The notes below the pieces were generated by a model. It was given only the letters and a program-made list of their open reading frames with translations, did not search any database and was not told the origin of the DNA. Shown here piece after piece: positions 34,262 through 38,157 of a DNA stretch of 38,157 nt. Positions within the stretch are counted from its first letter, which is position 1, and each line of letters starts with the position of its first letter. Made by a program: the position numbers and the translations under genes. The stretch comes from Verrucomicrobiia bacterium (GTDB lineage Bacteria; Chloroflexota; Limnocylindria; Limnocylindrales; CSP1-4): assembly GCA_035577485.1 (NCBI GenBank), contig DATLVO010000110.1, positions 1-38,157 on the forward strand, in the 5' to 3' direction.

Positions 34262-34404
34262 CACTTCCCAGTACGGAGGTACTAGGAAGCAAAGGTAAGA
34301 ACGCTCGGACGCGCAGACGCCTCACCTGAAATGGGCACTTAGGGTGAGGCCGAGCGATTAGTGCAACCGACCGACCATTGCGTCAGGTCGGTTTTCGTGT
34401 TCTT
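34262..34404 (+). ncRNA. candidate structured RNA of about 140 nt (sRNA or cis-regulatory leader)
   Basis: Three hairpins between the predicted TSS and a U-tract. H1 is at 34267-34286 (8 bp with 1 mismatch, loop GGAG). H2 spans 34302-34356: CGCTCG/CGAGCG plus GCCTCACC/GGTGAGGC, with an 11-nt 5' bulge GACGCGCAGAC. H3 is the terminator. Confidence 0.35.
34365..34404 (+). terminator. intrinsic terminator
   Basis: AACCGACCGAC / GTC(A)GGTCGGTT stem (11 bp, one bulge), 6-nt loop, followed by TTTTCGTGTTCTT. Confidence 0.6.
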
Positions 34405-34434
34405 AGAGCACGAAAGCCGCGAGGAGGAACGAGC

Positions 34435-34467
34435 GTGTTTCCAGATACGAGCGTCAAGGGCTGGTAG
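34435..34467 (+). CDS. mini-ORF 1, 10 codons, MFPDTSVKGW*
   Basis: GTG 34435 lies 7 nt after GAGGAGG (34421-34427), the strongest SD in the spacer. Shares its C-terminal SVKGW-stop with mini-ORF 2. Confidence 0.3.
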   Translation: MFPDTSVKGW

Positions 34468-34477
34468 GGAGAATCCG

Positions 34478-34567
34478 ATGAAGCTTCGCTTGATTCGGAT
34501 CGCTCTTGCTCTGGGCACCGTTGCATCGATGGCGATTGCAGGCGGGGCGTCAGTCAAGGGCTGGTAA
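34478..34567 (+). CDS. mini-ORF 2, 29-aa signal-peptide-like pro-peptide MKLRLIRIALALGTVASMAIAGGASVKGW*
   Basis: ATG 34478 lies 5 nt after GGGAGA. Basic n-region, 14-residue hydrophobic core, A-I-A cleavage motif, 8-residue tail. It is internal to the 68-aa track ORF 34361..34567, whose start lies in the terminator stem. Confidence 0.45.
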   Translation: MKLRLIRIALALGTVASMAIAGGASVKGW

Positions 34568-34647
34568 ATCAGTACGTTTGGAGGCTGACGTATAAAGCGG
34601 CGGAGGGTTAGAGTCGCTTCGACGTCCCCGAACGTACAGGGGCTGTA

Positions 34648-36060
34648 ATGCCTAGGTCCCTAAAGCTCTATATCACACTGCTCGTGGCACTCAGCGCCGT
34701 TGCGCTGGCGGTCACGAGTTTTGTGTTTGGCATCCACCCCGCGATCGCCATCCAAGTAGATGGCGACCCGACGACTGCGTCGACGTTTGAGATCGCACTC
34801 GGGCTCACATTCTGGACAGCCGTCACGGTGTTGGCTTCGGCCCTCCCCGTCCGCATGCCTCGAGGAATGCTGGTCACGGTTTCGATCGCGCCCGTCATTG
34901 CTGCGACGACGCTCGGCGGACCGGCAGCGGGTGGCTGGATTGCTCTAATCGGGTCAACGGAATTTCGAGAACTGCGAGGGCGCGTTCCCTGGTATGGGAC
35001 TTTGGCGAACCACGCCGGGATTGTCGTGCCCGCGACCATCGGTGGCGTCGTCATCGAGGTGCTGCGTCAGAACTCCCCGTTGGTCATTCTCGATTTCGCG
35101 GCGACTTTGGTCGGCGCGGCGGTCTACTTCGGCCTCAACTTGTTACTCGTTTCGGTCCTGCTCCACCTCCGAACACAGCAGCGCCTCCGTGAACTCTTCG
35201 TCGGAGACGTCACGGCTTTCTGGGGCAACCTCTTCGCGCTCGCTCCCCTTGGCTGGCTCATGGCGCGGATGTATTCGCTCGCCGGTGCGGGATGGTGGGC
35301 GATGCTGCTCTTTGCGCTTCCGCTCTACACGACCCGGGTGGCGTACAACCGCTTCGTCGAGATGCGGGACATGTTCACGCAGACCATCGGCGCATTGGCC
35401 GAGGCGGTGGACAAGCGCGATCCGTTCACCAGCAAACACAGCCACCGGGTCAAGCAGATCGCGGTCGACATTGGGCGGGAGATGCGGGTTGGCGCCCACG
35501 AGCTCGAGGCGCTCGAATGGGGCGGGCTGCTCCACGATGTTGGCAAGATCGGCGTGCCAGACAACGTCCTGCTCAAAAGCGATCGCCTGACGCGCGACGA
35601 GCGCATGACGATGAACGCCCACCCGGTGCTCGGCGCCCAGATCATCGCGCCGGTCACGAAGCTGGCGCCGGAGCTGCCGATCATCCGCCACCACCACGAG
35701 TGGTACAACGGCAGTGGCTACCCCGACCGGCTGATCGGCGATGAGATCCCGAAGCTCGCCCGCATCCTCCACGTCGCCGACGCATTCGAGGCGATGACCG
35801 CCCAACGCCCGTACCGGATGACGCCACTGACGGCGGAGCAGGCGCTCGCCGAGCTTCGCAAGTTCGCCGGCATCCAGTTCGACCCGGTCGTGGTCGACGC
35901 GTTCGTCCGGACCCCGTGGGTCCACGGCGTGTCGGACCCGGGTCGTCGGGCCGAGCCGCGTCAGATCCCGCTCATCGGCCAGGCCGCGAACCAGCCCACC
36001 CCGGCCCGGGCGGGAGCAGTCAGCGGCGATTCGGCGGCCACCATGGTCGAGCAGGCCTGA
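34648..36060 (+). CDS. multi-pass membrane HD-GYP domain protein (c-di-GMP phosphodiesterase type)
   Basis: 470-aa ORF with an N-terminal region of about 230 aa containing about 6-7 TM segments. HD domain: HSHRV...LLHDVGKIGVPD... plus HHEWYNGSGYP (the HD-GYP signature). Confidence 0.9.
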   Translation: MPRSLKLYITLLVALSAVALAVTSFVFGIHPAIAIQVDGDPTTASTFEIALGLTFWTAVTVLASALPVRMPRGMLVTVSIAPVIAATTLGGPAAGGWIALIGSTEFRELRGRVPWYGTLANHAGIVVPATIGGVVIEVLRQNSPLVILDFAATLVGAAVYFGLNLLLVSVLLHLRTQQRLRELFVGDVTAFWGNLFALAPLGWLMARMYSLAGAGWWAMLLFALPLYTTRVAYNRFVEMRDMFTQTIGALAEAVDKRDPFTSKHSHRVKQIAVDIGREMRVGAHELEALEWGGLLHDVGKIGVPDNVLLKSDRLTRDERMTMNAHPVLGAQIIAPVTKLAPELPIIRHHHEWYNGSGYPDRLIGDEIPKLARILHVADAFEAMTAQRPYRMTPLTAEQALAELRKFAGIQFDPVVVDAFVRTPWVHGVSDPGRRAEPRQIPLIGQAANQPTPARAGAVSGDSAATMVEQA

Positions 36061-36253
36061 CGCCCGAGCGACGCCATTCGGGGGGCGATCGACCGGACGC
36101 AGCGACCCACGCAACCACGAATGCCGGCGCCTGAGCCTTCGACCGCGCACTACGCCATTCGTCCGGGTGGCGTCCGCTCAATCGCCCGGCGCATGATTCG
36201 GCCGCGATGACGATCCCTCCGGCAGCCGGCCGGCACGCTCGACAGAGCCCCGC

Positions 36254-38157
36254 GTGCTGATCGGCGGCATCGTCTTCGGGCTTGTCCTCGGCCTGCTGGC
36301 CGGCGGCTCGATCGGCAACCTTTCGAACGTCCGCCTGCGCTGGGTCGCGATCCTCATGTTCGCGGTCATCCTTCGCTTCGCGACGGAATGGCTGCTGATC
36401 CATGGCAACGCCCTCGTCGAAGCGTTGCGCCTGCCGCTCTTCGTCTTCGCGTTCGCCTTGCTGCTCATCGCCCTGTGGGCGAACCGGACCCAGCCAGGGA
36501 TGCGGCTGGCATTCGTCGGGATCCTCTCGAACACGATCGCGATCGTGGCCAACGCCGGCCACATGCCGATCTGGTCGCCCAGCCTCGAGGCGGCCGGCTT
36601 CACGTTCGCCGACGTGACGTCGCCCTTCCACGTGATCCTGCCGCCCGACCTGAACGCGGGCTTCCTCCTCCACGCCGGCCCGCTCGCCGACATCCTGCCG
36701 ATCCCGATCCCCTGGGTCCGCAACGTCGCCTCGATCGGGGACGTGTTCCTGACCGCAGGCCTCGCATTCTTCCTGTTCGCGACGGTCCTCCGGTCGCAGG
36801 ACGAGGAGGAGAACCCCGAGATCAGCCCCGACGGGGTGCCGCTGGCGGGCCTTGCGGCGGCCACGCGCCTGCCCCGCGGGATCCAGGCCGCGATGGGCAA
36901 CCAGCGGCTGCGGCCCGGCACGGGATTGGCGACGGGGCTGCCGAGCGGCCTGTCGAACACGGCGGCGCTGCGGCGGCCGCTCGTCCTCGGCTCGCCGGGG
37001 GAGGGTCTCGCGGCGCCGGCGCCGGCATTGGCGCCCGTCCCGTACGGCACGGCCGGTGAGTCGGCACTCCCCATCCCAGGCCGGCCGCGGATCGAAGTCG
37101 GGGAGCTCGTCCGTCGCCACCCCTACGTCCGGCTCGCCCTCAACGGTTCGTTCTCGTCGCTCTGGACCGGCCAGCTGATCAGCCTCTTCGGCGATCGGGT
37201 CCACCAGGTGGCGCTTGCGTTCCTCGTCCTCGGGATCACCAACTCGCCGCTCGCGATGGCGATGGTCTTCGTCGCGGCGACGCTCCCGAACCTCCTCCTG
37301 GCGCCGATCGCAGGCGCCTATGTCGACCGCTGGAACCATCGCGACGTGATGATCGTGAGCGACCTGCTCCGGGCCGCGGCCGTGCTCCTGATCCCGATCG
37401 TCGCGGTCACGAACATCTACCTGGTCTACCCGTTCGTGTTCCTCGTCACGTCGGTCTCGATCTTCTTCCGGCCGGCCCGCGTCGCGGTCCTGCCGCGGAT
37501 CGTGCGCCAGGACGAGCTGCTCACGGCCAACTCGGCCCTGTGGGCCGGCGAGACCTTCGCCGACATCCTCGGCTACCCGCTGGCGGGGATCTTCGTCGCT
37601 TTCCTCGGCCCGGCGCTGCCCCTGGCCTTCTGGCTGGACGCCGCCACCTACGCCGCGTCGGCGATCCTGATCGCCTCGATCTTCGTCCCGCCCGTTCGAC
37701 GGGCGCGGGCGGGCGGGAGGCGCGCCGGCGACCCCGACGCCGACGACGCCGGCACCGGCGCCGACGGGGCCCCGCGAGGCGTTCTCGCCGAGATGGCCGA
37801 GGGGTTCCACTTCCTCCGACGGGAGCCCGTCCTCTTCGCGAACACGATCCAGGCGGTCTTCGCCCAGTTCGCGATCGGCGCCCTCACGGTGCTGACGCCG
37901 CTCCTGGTCCGCGACGTCATCGCCGACCCGCATGTCGAGCCGACCGCGGCGTACGCATTCCTGGAGACGGCGATCGGGATCGGCAACCTGCTCGGCGGCT
38001 TCGTGCTGGGGCTCGTCGGGGCGCGGCTCGCCAAGGGCCGGACGGTGATCGTCGGCTATGTCCTGTGGGGCATCTCGATGGTCGCCGTCGCGTTCGCGGG
38101 CAACCTGGCCCTCGCGTTCGGGATCCTGTTCGGGGCCGGCGTCGCCAACATGATCTT
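36254..38157 (+). CDS. DUF5317-like membrane domain fused in frame to an MFS transporter, partial (runs off window end)
   Basis: Absent from the track (no stop in window). GTG 36254 gives VLIGGIVFGLVLGLLAGGSIGNLSNVRLRW...VANAGHMPIW...DVFLTAGLAFFLF. An Ala/Pro/Gly linker of about 100 aa follows. The MFS part is RRHPYVRLALNGSFSSLWTGQLISLFGDRV...YVDRWNHRDVMIVSDLLRA, paralogous in motifs to the MFS at 4070-5512. I read codon by codon from 36782 to 37140 and found no stop. Confidence 0.72.
   Translation, partial: MLIGGIVFGLVLGLLAGGSIGNLSNVRLRWVAILMFAVILRFATEWLLIHGNALVEALRLPLFVFAFALLLIALWANRTQPGMRLAFVGILSNTIAIVANAGHMPIWSPSLEAAGFTFADVTSPFHVILPPDLNAGFLLHAGPLADILPIPIPWVRNVASIGDVFLTAGLAFFLFATVLRSQDEEENPEISPDGVPLAGLAAATRLPRGIQAAMGNQRLRPGTGLATGLPSGLSNTAALRRPLVLGSPGEGLAAPAPALAPVPYGTAGESALPIPGRPRIEVGELVRRHPYVRLALNGSFSSLWTGQLISLFGDRVHQVALAFLVLGITNSPLAMAMVFVAATLPNLLLAPIAGAYVDRWNHRDVMIVSDLLRAAAVLLIPIVAVTNIYLVYPFVFLVTSVSIFFRPARVAVLPRIVRQDELLTANSALWAGETFADILGYPLAGIFVAFLGPALPLAFWLDAATYAASAILIASIFVPPVRRARAGGRRAGDPDADDAGTGADGAPRGVLAEMAEGFHFLRREPVLFANTIQAVFAQFAIGALTVLTPLLVRDVIADPHVEPTAAYAFLETAIGIGNLLGGFVLGLVGARLAKGRTVIVGYVLWGISMVAVAFAGNLALAFGILFGAGVANMI

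Noticed and set aside
34262-34404. c-di-GMP-I (GEMM-I) riboswitch upstream of the HD-GYP gene
   Set aside because: GGACGCGCAGACGCC followed by a hairpin recalls the GGACGCAAAGCC element. However, the expected GCAAAC segment plus GNRA-capped first hairpin are not in the right order: GCAAAGG follows H1, and the H1 loop is GGAG. I cannot support the call without a covariance-model scan.
34361-34477. N-terminal 39 codons of the 68-aa track ORF 34361..34567
   Set aside because: Its GTG start lies inside the terminator stem and has no RBS. The internal ATG 34478 has an RBS and yields a coherent signal-peptide-like product.
36020-37933. 637-aa minus-strand ORF
   Set aside because: Arg/Asp/Gly/Pro-dominated low-complexity translation. 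It is antisense to a plus-strand frame with clear membrane-protein motifs. This is a typical high-GC shadow ORF.
1-38157. tRNA, rRNA, CRISPR arrays, transposases or integrases, prophage genes
   Set aside because: I found no T-loop/acceptor-like GGTTCGAATCC contexts, no spacer-repeat periodicity and no ORF with recombinase or transposase motifs.

Overview
High-GC (about 65-72% by hand counts) bacterial chromosomal segment with no rRNA, tRNA, CRISPR or transposase genes. The LexA box type (TCGAAC-N4-GTTCGA), lipoboxes and gene content look Actinomycetota-like. I call about 35 protein genes in four groups. (1) Histidine utilisation through the folate branch: hutH, hutU, hutI and glutamate formimidoyltransferase, plus a cyclodeaminase-folD-fhs operon, spread over 16 kb and interleaved with GNAT, VOC, lipoprotein, MFS and DedA genes. 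(2) An SOS/replication block: lexA with promoter-embedded LexA box, dinB, dnaB, rplI, and a 90-aa ORF with two LexA boxes. (3) Dense c-di-GMP signalling: GGDEF with I-site, a Crp/REC-EAL/PH-like operon, and a membrane HD-GYP. (4) A lower-GC stretch (about 31.9-36.1 kb) holding a STAND ATPase-TPR regulator with a C-terminal wHTH/BTAD domain, an orphan promoter-hairpins-terminator RNA, two tandem mini-ORFs that both end in SVKGW-stop (one a textbook signal-peptide pro-peptide), the HD-GYP gene and a DUF5317-like/MFS fusion ORF. I consider the regulator, peptide and HD-GYP cassette the best candidate for an undescribed peptide-signalling system, but this is inference. All family calls rest on motifs read by eye; no database search was run. 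Start codons in this GC-rich DNA are often uncertain.
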